From contig CAYJFZ010000005.1 of NCBI GenBank assembly GCA_964369975.1, positions 13,150-77,149 on the forward strand: a DNA stretch of 64,000 bases. The letters run 5' to 3'. This DNA is from an uncultured Oscillospiraceae bacterium (GTDB taxonomy: Bacteria > Bacillota > Clostridia > Oscillospirales > Ruminococcaceae). The notes under the pieces are model-generated. The model was not told the DNA's origin and did no database searches. It saw only the letters and a list, made by a program, of their open reading frames with translations. The position numbers and the translations under genes are program-made. Shown piece after piece: positions 47,068 through 57,058 of this stretch (position 1 is its first letter; each line of letters starts with the position of its first letter).

Positions 47068-47271
47068 TTACATCCCATTGTAATCATCTATATTTTTAAG
47101 AGTCAGCATTACCTCATCTTGCGCTTGCTCTTTTTCTTCTTTTTCTAAAAAATTAGTTGCTACAACAGGAATATCGTTTTTAATTTTCGCTTTATCGCTA
47201 AGTCCCAGCCTATAAGCATAAATAACCATAAAAGGCATTATTAGCGATAAAAAGCAAATTAATATCTCCAT
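47068..47271 (-). CDS. small membrane-anchored protein between terminase and portal
   Basis: 67 aa, N-terminal TM ILICFLSLIMPFMVIYAY, acidic tail. Confidence 0.45.
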   Translation of the reverse strand: MEILICFLSLIMPFMVIYAYRLGLSDKAKIKNDIPVVATNFLEKEEKEQAQDEVMLTLKNIDDYNGM

Positions 47272-47272
47272 T

Positions 47273-48637
47273 TTATTCCTCTCTTTCTATGTAATCTTCC
47301 CTTACATATAAGGCAATTAATAAAGCCATTACTAAATCATCATGCACTCCTTTAGCTGCCTCAATTCTTCCTTGTTCATTTTTAATAAAGTTTAGCATCT
47401 CATTTAAGGTATCTTTATCGTTTATCCCACTTACGCTTTTACGAAGCAGTCTAATTCCATTAGCTATAATAAGTGGGCGGGTGAATTTATCTGTTATAAA
47501 ACCGTAGCTTAGCACAGGTTTTTGAGTTATGGTATCTAAGCGCTTTCGCATATAAATATTAGAATAATTTAATCTTTCAAGCTCCTTATTAGGATAGCTT
47601 GAGAAGTTTGCTTCTACTACTATTAGCGCCTTATTATAAAGCTCTCCTAAGCAAAACAGTTGCTTTGCAAATAAATCCTCATCGTAAGTTTGATAAAGCC
47701 TTGCTACTTGCTTTGCAGAGTTTACCTCTATAACTTGAGCTGCAAATTTATCATCTCCCTCTCCTGCTGTATCCGCTGCGATTATATAAAGCTGTTCAGT
47801 TTTGGGATACTCATATATATTGATACCACCGCTGTCTAAATCCACCCACTTTATGTTTAAAAGGGATGATAATTTTTCTGTGTACATAAAATCGCCTGTT
47901 CTTAGTGGAGTTAAATCATCTAAAAGCCTTTGCGAAATTAAATTAGTATTAAAAACGCTTTGCCCATATACTCCCCACTGCCCCAAACAGTACACCTTAT
48001 AATAGTAAGGGTCTGTTATCCTAAAGGCTTCTAATTGATTTTTGTACTCGTTATCTAAAAACTCATTATCTTTATATGTAGTATGTACTACTTGCATGTT
48101 TTCTTCTTTATAATCAAAAAACCTTGCTTTTAGCCAATGTGAAACACTAATAGGATTAAATGTAATAACTATCTGTTTTTTACTCTTGCCCCCACGCAGC
48201 CTTAAGTTGAGTTGGTTAAAATCTTCTCTTGTAATTTCGCTTGCTTCCTCTATCCAAATATGTGTCATTTCTCCATTTTTAAAAGTGATTGATTTTAACT
48301 TCTCCACATCATCAAGACCATAAAAAACGACTTGATTTGAGTTAATACAGCTTATTCTCATATCACTCATATTTGCTTTAAATAAGCTACTTAAATTCCA
48401 ATCTTGTATAACTTGCAATAGCTGTGCAAATGTTGAGTCTCTATTGGTTTTACCTACAGCCCTTACTACGAGCAGGTTACATTTTTTCTCTTTTAAGAGC
48501 AAGTAAATAAACCTTTGAGCACAAAACATACTTTTACCACTGCCAGCGCCGCCATAAAAAATTAAAAACCTTTTATCATTTTCAAGATATGGTAAATAAA
48601 CTTTATTAAACACTTTTTTACTAATCGTTATTTTCAT
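47273..48637 (-). CDS. terminase large subunit
   Basis: Walker A GGAGSGKS, Walker B-like HIWIEEA, C-terminal RNaseH-like nuclease with AADTAGEGDD and HDDLVMAL. Confidence 0.88.
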   Translation of the reverse strand: MKITISKKVFNKVYLPYLENDKRFLIFYGGAGSGKSMFCAQRFIYLLLKEKKCNLLVVRAVGKTNRDSTFAQLLQVIQDWNLSSLFKANMSDMRISCINSNQVVFYGLDDVEKLKSITFKNGEMTHIWIEEASEITREDFNQLNLRLRGGKSKKQIVITFNPISVSHWLKARFFDYKEENMQVVHTTYKDNEFLDNEYKNQLEAFRITDPYYYKVYCLGQWGVYGQSVFNTNLISQRLLDDLTPLRTGDFMYTEKLSSLLNIKWVDLDSGGINIYEYPKTEQLYIIAADTAGEGDDKFAAQVIEVNSAKQVARLYQTYDEDLFAKQLFCLGELYNKALIVVEANFSSYPNKELERLNYSNIYMRKRLDTITQKPVLSYGFITDKFTRPLIIANGIRLLRKSVSGINDKDTLNEMLNFIKNEQGRIEAAKGVHDDLVMALLIALYVREDYIEREE

Positions 48638-48645
48638 TTTCCCTC

Positions 48646-48963
48646 TTAATCTGTTAGTTTTACAATTATTTCACCTTGCTTTGTATCCGCCTGTTCTAAA
48701 AAATCATTTTCTAAAACAAACTTTGCACCACCGCTTAAGTTTTTATCATACAAAGCCTTACTATTCATATCCTCAAGATGCAATAAGCATAAATTAACTC
48801 CAAACTTTAACTTCTCATCATTTTTTAATTGTAAGAAGGCTTCTTTGCTCTCAATACCAAGGTAAAGGGCAAGGCCTGCTAAAGTTGGGATTTCTTGACT
48901 ATTAAAGTATTCGCATGCTTTTTCATATAGTATTTTAGACGATGTAAATTTTGCATTTTTCAA
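48646..48963 (-). CDS. terminase small subunit
   Basis: 105 aa, TTG start 8 nt after the AAGGGAGG RBS; IPTLAGLALYLGI HTH typical of small terminases; immediately upstream of TerL. Confidence 0.6.
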   Translation of the reverse strand: MKNAKFTSSKILYEKACEYFNSQEIPTLAGLALYLGIESKEAFLQLKNDEKLKFGVNLCLLHLEDMNSKALYDKNLSGGAKFVLENDFLEQADTKQGEIIVKLTD

Positions 48964-49479
48964 ACTATCTAACCTCCCTTGCTTTTAATTCTAAGTGAGA
49001 AAAAACTTTTATCTCCATTTATTTCGATTTTTCTTTTTTTTGTGAAAAATGCACTATTTATTAGTTTGTCGGTACTCCAAAAAGTACAGATAATTTTGTC
49101 AGATTTTGTCGAATGCTATTTTTGCAAGGTATTGAAATAAAATTTATTTCTAAAAATCGAAATACTTTTTATTCCAAAATTAATAAATCTTTTACTTTTT
49201 TCTTTTAAAAAATTACTCTTTTTATTTTTTAATATAAAAATTTGCAAAAAAAAATAAGCTACATCTAAAATTAGATATAGCTTAAACATTGTTTTTTTAT
49301 TTTGATTTTGCTACTGATAATTAAATCAGTAATTCATATTTTAAATTTTCTTTTTTTAGTTAATAAAGGCTATCTTTTTTAATCACTATTTAAAATGGCT
49401 TAAGTTTTACTTTATACTTTTATTTTTTATATTCTATATTATTATTCACCATATACCTTATATTAAAATAATTTAAAAC

Positions 49480-49515
49480 AAAAAAAATCACTTAAAGCAA
49501 ATTTGCTTTAAGTGA
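49480..49515 (-). terminator. rho-independent terminator of tRNA-Lys
   Basis: TCACTTAAAGCAAA / TTTGCTTTAAGTGA 14-bp stem followed (minus strand) by a T-run. Confidence 0.85.
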
Positions 49516-49517
49516 TG

Positions 49518-49593
49518 TGGTGAGCCATCGGAGACTCGAACTCCGGACACCCTGATTAAAAGTCAGGTGCTCTGCCAGCTGAGCTAATGGCTC
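49518..49593 (-). tRNA. tRNA-Lys (anticodon UUU), CCA encoded
   Basis: Minus strand GAGCCATTAGCTCAGCTGGCAGAGCACCTGACTTTTAATCAGGGTGTCCGGAGTTCGAGTCTCCGATGGCTCACCA folds as a cloverleaf; anticodon loop CTTTTAA. Confidence 0.93.
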
Positions 49594-49620
49594 TAATGCT
49601 CTCGCTTGTGATAGCTTGAT

Positions 49621-49649
49621 TATTATATCAATAATAATTAAATATGTCA
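49621..49649 (-). promoter_or_regulatory. consensus sigma-A promoter of tRNA-Lys
   Basis: Minus strand TTGACA, 17-nt spacer, TATAAT, about 25 nt upstream of the tRNA 5' end. Confidence 0.75.
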
Positions 49650-49898
49650 AGAGTTTTTTTTAAAATTTTTTTTAGTTATTTTTTGAATAAAAAATATATA
49701 GTTATTATAAGCTTTTTTTCTTTATTAATAATCTTATTTTTAACTCATTTTTTATCTAATTTCTTTAAATCAAAACTTACTTTTATCTAATTTGTTATCT
49801 TTTTCATTTCGTTATATCAAAGCCTTTAAATAAAGTATTAATAATAATTATTCACTTAAAGTTTTAATCATTTACTAACATTAAAAATAAATTCAAAT

Positions 49899-49927
49899 AA
49901 AAAAACGGCTAATGCCGTTTTTTTTTG
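49899..49927 (-). terminator. terminator after spoVS
   Basis: AACGGC / GCCGTT stem with flanking A/T runs. Confidence 0.7.
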
Positions 49928-49952
49928 ATATAAAAGTTTATTTAATTTAAAA

Positions 49953-50216
49953 TTATTTTTTAACCTCTACAATCAACTTCATAGCTGTTCTGCTTTCCCC
50001 ATCAACTTCTACTGTTGTAAATGCTGGTGCGCAAACTAAGTCAACACCGCTTGGTGCAAGATACCCTCTAGCAACAGCTATGGATTTTAACGCTTGGTTT
50101 ACAGCGCCTGCACCGATTCCTTGTACTTCCACTATACTACTTTCTCTTATAATACCTGCAATCGCTCCAGCTACTGAAACCGGATTTGACTTTGAAGAAA
50201 CTTTTAATGCTTCCAT
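49953..50216 (-). CDS. spoVS: stage V sporulation protein S
   Basis: LKVSSKSNPVSVAGAIAG...GAGAVNQALKSIAVARGYLAPSG..L.C.PAF is the highly conserved SpoVS sequence. Confidence 0.93.
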   Translation of the reverse strand: MEALKVSSKSNPVSVAGAIAGIIRESSIVEVQGIGAGAVNQALKSIAVARGYLAPSGVDLVCAPAFTTVEVDGESRTAMKLIVEVKK

Positions 50217-50672
50217 AACTTTACTCCTTTACTATAACGCATTTAATCTACATTTGTCTATATGTTTTATTTTCTTAAGATAAGCATTTACAAACATGTC
50301 TATTAATTTATAAAGTTAATTGACTTTTAATATAGATTTATTTATATAAATATCATATAACATCTATAAGCATTTTGCAAGCGTTTATATCATATTTCTT
50401 GCTTTTTTTAATATATATGTATACTTGTACATTTTTTAGATTTTATATTGTGCAAAATACATTAACTTTTACACCTATTTTAAAAAAAAAATTACTTCTT
50501 TGTATTTTAAATTTTACATTGGCAGTATTAAAGACTTGCATATTACATCTAAATTTATTGATATAATCGAAAAATATTTAGTATTTTTTGCTTTTTTATT
50601 AAAAAAATTAATTTTTTAATGCGATTTATTTTAATATTTTAATTTGCAATTTGTATCAAAAATCCATATCTC

Positions 50673-51425
50673 CTACGCTTTAATTGTTTTGATAGTGTTG
50701 TTTTCTATATCTAAAACAACCCCATGCAAATACCCATCACCATTCATTACTTTAAAACTTTGGCTCGTTAAGTATTTCTGTTTTAAAATCGCCTTGTCTT
50801 TTTCAACTCCTATCACACTATTTGCACTACACACAGCGCCTACATCTGTGATATACATCGTCTTATTTTCTAAAATTTGTGCATCGTTTGTTTGCACATG
50901 TGTGTGTGTTCCTACAACGGCTGTAACTTTTCCATCTACATAGTGGGCAAAGGCTTGTTTTTCAGCAGTTGACTCTGCATGAAAATCAATAATAATATAT
51001 TTTGATGATACTCTTTTTAATATCTTATCAATCTCAAAAAACGGATTGCGATTAGCATCTAAAAAAGCAGTACCTAATAAGTTTATAACACTCACATCAT
51101 ATTTTTTGTTTGAAAATGTCAGTACTCCGCAATTATCTTCACTCACAGCTAATAAATTTTGCGGACAAAGGATGAATTCGTTTTCTTCATACATTTCAAC
51201 GCTACTTCTTCTTAAAGAGTGGTTGCCCCCTGTAATAGCATCAACACCTAAAGAAAACAAATTTTGCGCATCTTTAATAGTAAGGCCTACCCCACTTTGA
51301 TTTGCATTTTCGCCGTTTGCTATACAAAAATCAATGTTTTCATCCTTTTTTAAATTGCTAAGCTTCTTTTTTAATATCTCCATACCATTATCGCCTACTA
51401 CATCACCTATAAATAAAATTTTCAT
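50673..51425 (-). CDS. ymdB: YmdB-family metallophosphoesterase (2',3'-cyclic-nucleotide phosphodiesterase)
   Basis: MKILFIGDVVG, ANGENA, TGGNH, DFHAE, GTHTHVQT motifs; conserved position between rny and spoVS. Confidence 0.88.
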   Translation of the reverse strand: MKILFIGDVVGDNGMEILKKKLSNLKKDENIDFCIANGENANQSGVGLTIKDAQNLFSLGVDAITGGNHSLRRSSVEMYEENEFILCPQNLLAVSEDNCGVLTFSNKKYDVSVINLLGTAFLDANRNPFFEIDKILKRVSSKYIIIDFHAESTAEKQAFAHYVDGKVTAVVGTHTHVQTNDAQILENKTMYITDVGAVCSANSVIGVEKDKAILKQKYLTSQSFKVMNGDGYLHGVVLDIENNTIKTIKA

Positions 51426-51506
51426 ACGCTCTCCCTTTAGTGCTAATTGTTGTTATTAAAAATAAAGGCAGGCTATAAAAGCCCGCCTTTTTAATTGTGC
51501 ATAATT

Positions 51507-53063
51507 TTATTTTGCATATTCTGTTGCACGGCTCTCACGAATAACATTTACTTTTATTTGACCTGGGTAATCTAATTCTTTTTCGATTTTTGCTACTATA
51601 TCCCTTGCCATTAATACAATGTTATCATCATTTACTTCATCAGGCTTTACTAAAATCCTAACTTCCCTACCTGCTTGAATAGCAAAACTTTTTTCTACAC
51701 CGCTAAAGCTATTTGAAATTTCTTCAAGTTTTTCAAGCCTTTTGATGTAGTTTTCAAGATTTTCTCTTCTTGCGCCTGGTCTTGCAGCACTAATAGCATC
51801 AGCTGCTATTACTATGAATGCAAGTGCAGTTTTAGGTTCAATATCATTGTGATGTGCGTGTACTGCGTGAATAATACTACTATTTTCTTTGTATTTTTTA
51901 CATACTTCTACACCGATAGAAACATGTGTTCCCTCGTGCTCGTGGTCAAGGCCTTTTCCTATATCGTGTAAAAGTCCTGCTCTTTTAGCCATATTTATAT
52001 CAACGCCGAGTTGCGCTGCTATAAGCCCACATAGATAGCTTACTTCAAGTGAGTGATTTAAAACATTTTGACCATAGCTTGTTCTATATTTTAGTCTACC
52101 TATTAATTTTACAAGCTCTGGGTGAACGCCGTGAACGCCTGCGTCCATAACAGCTTTTTCACCTGCTTTTTTAATTGTTGTTTCAACATCTTTTCTTGAT
52201 TTTGCTACTGTTTCTTCTATTCTGCCTGGATGGATTCTTCCATCAGAAATTAATTTTTCTAAAGTAAGCCTTGCTACTTCTCTTCTTATTGGATCAAAGC
52301 TTGAAACTGTTATAGCTTCTGGTGTATCATCAATAATTAAATCAACGCCTGTTGCTGTTTCAAGGGCTCTTATATTCCTACCCTCACGACCAATAATTCT
52401 ACCCTTCATCTCATCGCTTGGTAAGTCTACAACGCTTACAACAGCTTCCTGAGCGTGGTCTGCTGCACATCTTGCTATTGCAAGTGATAGTAAGTCTCTT
52501 GCTATTTCATCGCTATCTTCTTTTAATTGTGCTTCGTAGTGAGTGATTTTCACAGCTTTTTCGTGTGCTAATTGTTCATCAAGACTTTCTAAAATTAATG
52601 CTTTTGCAGCATCTGCTGATAGCCCTGAAATTACTTCTAATTTTTCTACTTGTCTTTGTTTGATTTGTTCTACTTCATCGATTCTTGCTTGAACTAATAG
52701 TTCTTTTTGTTTTGCATCTTGTTCTTTTAGTTCTAAGTTTTCTGTTTTTTTATCGATGTTTTCTTCTTTTTGAGTTAATCTTCTTTCTTGTCTTGAGATT
52801 TCGCCTCTTCTTTCTTTGATCTCTTTATCTGCATCTGCTTTCATTTTAAAAATTTCATCTTTTGCTTCGACCAAAGTTTCTTTTCTTTTTTGTTCTGCTG
52901 ATTTAATAGCATCATTGATTAGTCTTTTTGCTTCTTGTTCGGCACTGCCTATTTGTGATTCTGCTTTTTTGCGTCTATAAGAAACACCAAAGGTGAACAT
53001 AAGTCCGCCTATGATAACTGAACAACCTAATGCTATCAAGCCGGCTTGCCATGCTTGAATCAT
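51507..53063 (-). CDS. rny: ribonuclease Y
   Basis: N-terminal TM, long coiled coil, KH domain ([12 protein letters not shown]), HD domain (LLHDIGK). Confidence 0.95.
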   Translation of the reverse strand: MIQAWQAGLIALGCSVIIGGLMFTFGVSYRRKKAESQIGSAEQEAKRLINDAIKSAEQKRKETLVEAKDEIFKMKADADKEIKERRGEISRQERRLTQKEENIDKKTENLELKEQDAKQKELLVQARIDEVEQIKQRQVEKLEVISGLSADAAKALILESLDEQLAHEKAVKITHYEAQLKEDSDEIARDLLSLAIARCAADHAQEAVVSVVDLPSDEMKGRIIGREGRNIRALETATGVDLIIDDTPEAITVSSFDPIRREVARLTLEKLISDGRIHPGRIEETVAKSRKDVETTIKKAGEKAVMDAGVHGVHPELVKLIGRLKYRTSYGQNVLNHSLEVSYLCGLIAAQLGVDINMAKRAGLLHDIGKGLDHEHEGTHVSIGVEVCKKYKENSSIIHAVHAHHNDIEPKTALAFIVIAADAISAARPGARRENLENYIKRLEKLEEISNSFSGVEKSFAIQAGREVRILVKPDEVNDDNIVLMARDIVAKIEKELDYPGQIKVNVIRESRATEYAK

Positions 53064-53239
53064 AATGGTTCTCCTTAAAGTTTATTTGGTTTTTAACCTA
53101 TAATATATATCAGAAAAATATCTGTAAAATAATAAAATTAATTCCCACACTTACTATTGTAAATATATTATGGCTAATTGTCAAGTTTATATGTTGACAT
53201 TGCAAAAAAAAAGTGGTATTATGATTTAAAGTGTAGAAG

Positions 53240-53455
53240 CGGATAAGTCTTTTATTAAAGAATTTTTAGAGAGCCTTTGGTTGGTGAAAAAAGGTAAATT
53301 CTAATAAAGGGTACCACCGCCGAGCGGCAAGGTGAACTTTGCCCGTGCTAAGAGCGTTAATCTTTTTGAGTGGCAACATTTGTTGCAATTCGGGTGGAAC
53401 CGTGGGTCTTTTAGTCTCATCCCGTTGTGGGGGTGGGCTTTTTTTATTGAAAAAT
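53240..53455 (+). promoter_or_regulatory. T-box riboswitch leader (Thr ACC specifier) of thrS
   Basis: AGAGAG stem I element, candidate specifier ACC at 53313-53315 (GGGTACCACC), T-box AATTCGGGTGGAACCGTGG at 53388-53406, G-rich 3' arm and T-run ending ~53455. Confidence 0.85.
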
Positions 53456-53518
53456 TTTTCTACTCCTAAACAATAAGTTATATTAAATATAAATAAAATC
53501 AAAATGGAGGAATTAAAA

Positions 53519-55420
53519 ATGATTAAAATTATTTTAAAAGACGGTAGCGAAAGACAGTACGAAAACGGCACTTCTTTTGCCCAAATCGCAAACTCAATTA
53601 GCCCTAAATTATTAGAAAGAGCAACTTGCGTTAAAGCTAATGGCGAAATTAAAGATTTAAGAGCTATCCCAAAAGAGGACACAGCCCTTGAAATACTAAC
53701 TTTTGATGATGATGAAGGTAAAGGTGCTTACTGGCACACAGCTTCACACATCTTAGCGCAAAGCGTTTTAAAGTTAATCCCAGATGCAAAACTGACAATA
53801 GGCCCAAGTATTCAAAACGGCTTTTATTATGATATAGATACAAAAGAAGTTATATCAGATGAATATTTTGAAAAAATCGAAAAAGAAATGATGAATATAG
53901 CTAAAGAGCAATTAGACTTATCTCAATTTTCTTTGCCAAAAAACGAAGCCTTAGAAATGTATAAAAACAATGAGTATAAAATTCAGCTTATAGAAGAATT
54001 AGAAGAAGGCGAAGAAATTTCTTTTTATCAGCAAGGCGACTTCATCGACCTTTGTGCAGGGCCTCATTTAATGAATACAAAGAGTATCGGCTGTGTAAAA
54101 GTATTAAGTGTTGCTGGCGCTTATTGGAAGGGTGACAGCGATAACAAAATGCTACAAAGAATTTATGCTATAGCTTTTCCAAAGCAAAAGCAATTAGATG
54201 AATACTTACATCTATTAGAAGAAGCAAAAAAACGAGATCATAAAAAAATCGGTCGTGAATTAAAATTATTTGAATTTTCTGATTACGCACCTGGTTTTCC
54301 ATTCTTTTTGCCTCGTGGTATGACTGTTTTCAATTTATTAATTGATTATTGGAGAGAAGTTCATAAAAAAAGAAACTATACAGAAATTAAAACTCCTGTT
54401 ATGCTAAACAGACAATTATGGGAAACATCAGGTCACTGGTTCCACTACAAAGAAAATATGTACACATCTTCAATTGATGAAACAGACTTTGCAATTAAGC
54501 CTATGAACTGCCCTGGTGGTATGATAGCTTATAAAATGGAGCCTCATTCATATAAAGAGTTGCCAATGAGAGTTGGTGAAATAGGCTTTGTTCACCGCCA
54601 TGAATTATCAGGGGCTTTAAATGGACTTATGAGAGTTCGTGCCTTCCATCAAGATGATGCTCATATTTTCATGACAGAAGCGCAAATCTCTGACATCATT
54701 AAAGAAACAATAGCTTTATACGATGAAGTGTATACACAGCTTGGCCTAACTTATAAAATCGAGCTTTCAACAAAGCCAGAAGATTCAATGGGCACACAAG
54801 AGCAATGGGATATAGCAACAAAAGGCTTACAAGACGCCCTTGACGACTTAGGTATCGCTTACCGCATAAACGAAGGCGATGGCGCTTTCTACGGTCCTAA
54901 AATCGACTTCCATATCCAAGATGCCCTACAAAGAACATGGCAGTGTGGTACTATCCAGCTTGATATGCAACTTCCTGAAAGATTTGAGCTTGAATACACA
55001 GGTCAAGACGGTGAAAAACACCGCCCAATTATGCTACACCGCACTTGTTATGGTTCTATTGAAAGATTTATCGGTATCTTAATTGAGCATTTCGCAGGCG
55101 ACTTCCCTGTATGGCTAACACCTACACAGGCAGTAGTTATCCCTGTAAGTGAAGCTCATAGCGAGTATGCGCATAAGGTAAAAGATGAGTTAGAAAAAGC
55201 TGGTGTGAGAGTTTCAGTTGATGATAGAAACGAAAAAATGGGTTATAGAATTCGTGAAAACCAATTACAAAAAGTGCCTTACATGCTTGTAGTTGGCGAT
55301 AATGAAATCGCAAACAACTCTGTTTCTGTAAGAGATCGAAAAGAAATTTTATCTGGCGAAATGAATGTTGTAGACTTTAAAGATAATGTTTTAAAACAAA
55401 GCAAAGAGCGCTCACTATAA
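53519..55420 (+). CDS. thrS: threonine-tRNA ligase
   Basis: TGS domain start MIKIILKDGS, second additional domain (HTASHILAQ), class II core, anticodon-binding domain; start at the ATG 8 nt after the GGAGG RBS. Confidence 0.95.
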   Translation: MIKIILKDGSERQYENGTSFAQIANSISPKLLERATCVKANGEIKDLRAIPKEDTALEILTFDDDEGKGAYWHTASHILAQSVLKLIPDAKLTIGPSIQNGFYYDIDTKEVISDEYFEKIEKEMMNIAKEQLDLSQFSLPKNEALEMYKNNEYKIQLIEELEEGEEISFYQQGDFIDLCAGPHLMNTKSIGCVKVLSVAGAYWKGDSDNKMLQRIYAIAFPKQKQLDEYLHLLEEAKKRDHKKIGRELKLFEFSDYAPGFPFFLPRGMTVFNLLIDYWREVHKKRNYTEIKTPVMLNRQLWETSGHWFHYKENMYTSSIDETDFAIKPMNCPGGMIAYKMEPHSYKELPMRVGEIGFVHRHELSGALNGLMRVRAFHQDDAHIFMTEAQISDIIKETIALYDEVYTQLGLTYKIELSTKPEDSMGTQEQWDIATKGLQDALDDLGIAYRINEGDGAFYGPKIDFHIQDALQRTWQCGTIQLDMQLPERFELEYTGQDGEKHRPIMLHRTCYGSIERFIGILIEHFAGDFPVWLTPTQAVVIPVSEAHSEYAHKVKDELEKAGVRVSVDDRNEKMGYRIRENQLQKVPYMLVVGDNEIANNSVSVRDRKEILSGEMNVVDFKDNVLKQSKERSL

Positions 55421-55433
55421 TTAAATAAAACAA

Positions 55434-55464
55434 AAAAATGGCTTATTTCTAAGCCATTTTTTTT
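55434..55464 (+). terminator. rho-independent terminator of thrS
   Basis: AATGGCTTA / TAAGCCATT stem plus T-run. Confidence 0.85.
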
Positions 55465-55756
55465 AGGAGAATTATATACGAAAACACTGAATATGATGTA
55501 TTATTATTTACAGATTTTCTACACCTTTAGTATACTATTAAAATGTGAATAAAGCTTGTACTATTCTTGTTTAAAAAGTAAAACATCTCTTTTTCACATT
55601 TTTATTATAAAAATTTATTAAAAATATTATATCAATACAATTTTAAAAAAACAAATAAATTAACTTATTGTTTTAATTTTTTAATAATTTATCAAAAAAT
55701 ACTATAATAAAATGACACTACAAAAGTAGTGTCATTTTTTATATAAGTAATTAATA

Positions 55757-56899
55757 TTACGGCTCTTGCTGGCTTAATATAACTTCTACAGCTATAGTCT
55801 CGCCTGTTGATGAGCGGTAAATTTCAAGTGGGAATAAATCTCCTGGTTTATATTTATCAAGCTCGTCTATTAAATCATTTGTAGTTAGTATCTCTACTCC
55901 ATTTGCTTTAATAATTACATCGCCTTCTAAGATACCTTTATTGTTTAAATCACTTGTTTCATCTATTGAATTTATAAATATGCCACTGCTCGGTAAGTTG
56001 TTCATAGGGCCGTTTGTTTCATTTAATTCAAAAACAGTAACACCTAAAACAGCCCTATCGGCAACAAAGCCATTTTCAATAAGACTTTGTATTATCGGTA
56101 TCGCTTCATTAATTGGTATAGCAAAGCCTATTCCCTCAAAATCAATATCGGCAATTTTTGAAGAAGTAATACCCACTACCTGACCATAGCTATTAAATAA
56201 AGGACCACCTGAGTTACCAGGGTTTACAGCTGCATCTACTTGGATTAATTCTATGCTTCTACTATTATCATCAATTTCTCTATTTAAGCCAGAGATAACG
56301 CCTTGAGTTAAAGTATTTGATAAGCCGCCAGGATTTCCTATAACTATCGCTGTCTGGCCTACTTTTAAATCATCACTACTGCCAAACTCTGCCGGCTCAA
56401 GCTCTACACCTTCTACTTTTATAACAGCTATATCTGTAAGCTCATCTGAGCCTATAATAGTAGCAGAAGCCTGCTGAGAATTATAAAACTCAACATTTAC
56501 TCCAGTACCACCCTCTAAAACATGGGCATTTGTTATTATATATCCGTCCTCGCTCATTACTATTCCTGTACCTGAGCTTATAGGAGATAAGTCATTTCCT
56601 TCATAAACAGTGATTTCTACTATCGAAGGAGTAACTTTTTCATATATTGATTCTGTCGTATAACCAGTGCCAGCAAAATCTGGTATTGGTTGCAAGTCAA
56701 TAATTGGCTGCCCATCGACTATCGTATTATCATCGCTATCATTATTAAAAATATTAAGCAAAAAATTTGGAGTATAGCTAATATAGTTGCCAGTTCTGCC
56801 AACTACTAAACCAAATGAAAAAGGTATTAAAATTATAATCAACATTAAGACTATTTTCCCAAAATGTTTTTTCTTTTTGCCAGTATTTCTCTCACTCAT
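55757..56899 (-). CDS. htrA: HtrA/DegP-family serine protease with PDZ domain
   Basis: N-terminal TM anchor, catalytic triad context (TNAHV, DIAVIK, GNSGGPL), C-terminal PDZ; alternative starts at 56905/56908. Confidence 0.88.
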   Translation of the reverse strand: MSERNTGKKKKHFGKIVLMLIIILIPFSFGLVVGRTGNYISYTPNFLLNIFNNDSDDNTIVDGQPIIDLQPIPDFAGTGYTTESIYEKVTPSIVEITVYEGNDLSPISSGTGIVMSEDGYIITNAHVLEGGTGVNVEFYNSQQASATIIGSDELTDIAVIKVEGVELEPAEFGSSDDLKVGQTAIVIGNPGGLSNTLTQGVISGLNREIDDNSRSIELIQVDAAVNPGNSGGPLFNSYGQVVGITSSKIADIDFEGIGFAIPINEAIPIIQSLIENGFVADRAVLGVTVFELNETNGPMNNLPSSGIFINSIDETSDLNNKGILEGDVIIKANGVEILTTNDLIDELDKYKPGDLFPLEIYRSSTGETIAVEVILSQQEP

Positions 56900-57058
56900 A
56901 TACATCACCTCTTTTTTATCGTATTATTATCTTAACTTTTATTTGTGAAAATTCTTTGATTGCAAGACTGTTAAAATATATATTTCTCATTTTTTTCACT
57001 TTTATAAACTCTTAATATTATACTATAAATATCACTGGTTAATACTATTATTCATAGT

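Larger units (their letters stand above)
38100..49480 (-). mobile_element. phage-derived head/short-tail/lysis gene island (defective prophage or GTA-like locus) next to tRNA-Lys
   Basis: 14 co-directional, tightly abutting ORFs running TerS to lysis genes, flanked by core genes. No integrase, repressor, replication, tube, sheath or tape-measure ORF anywhere between 37.99 and 49.52 kb. Confidence 0.75.

Noticed and set aside
50375-50943. Two plus-strand ORFs (50375-50566, 50644-50943) in or near the spoVS upstream region
   Set aside because: The first lies in an AT-rich promoter region with no RBS. The second is antisense to ymdB. Neither has a protein-like composition.
53266-53682. 138-aa minus-strand ORF
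   Set aside because: It lies antisense across the thrS T-box leader and the thrS start; the region is fully explained by those features.
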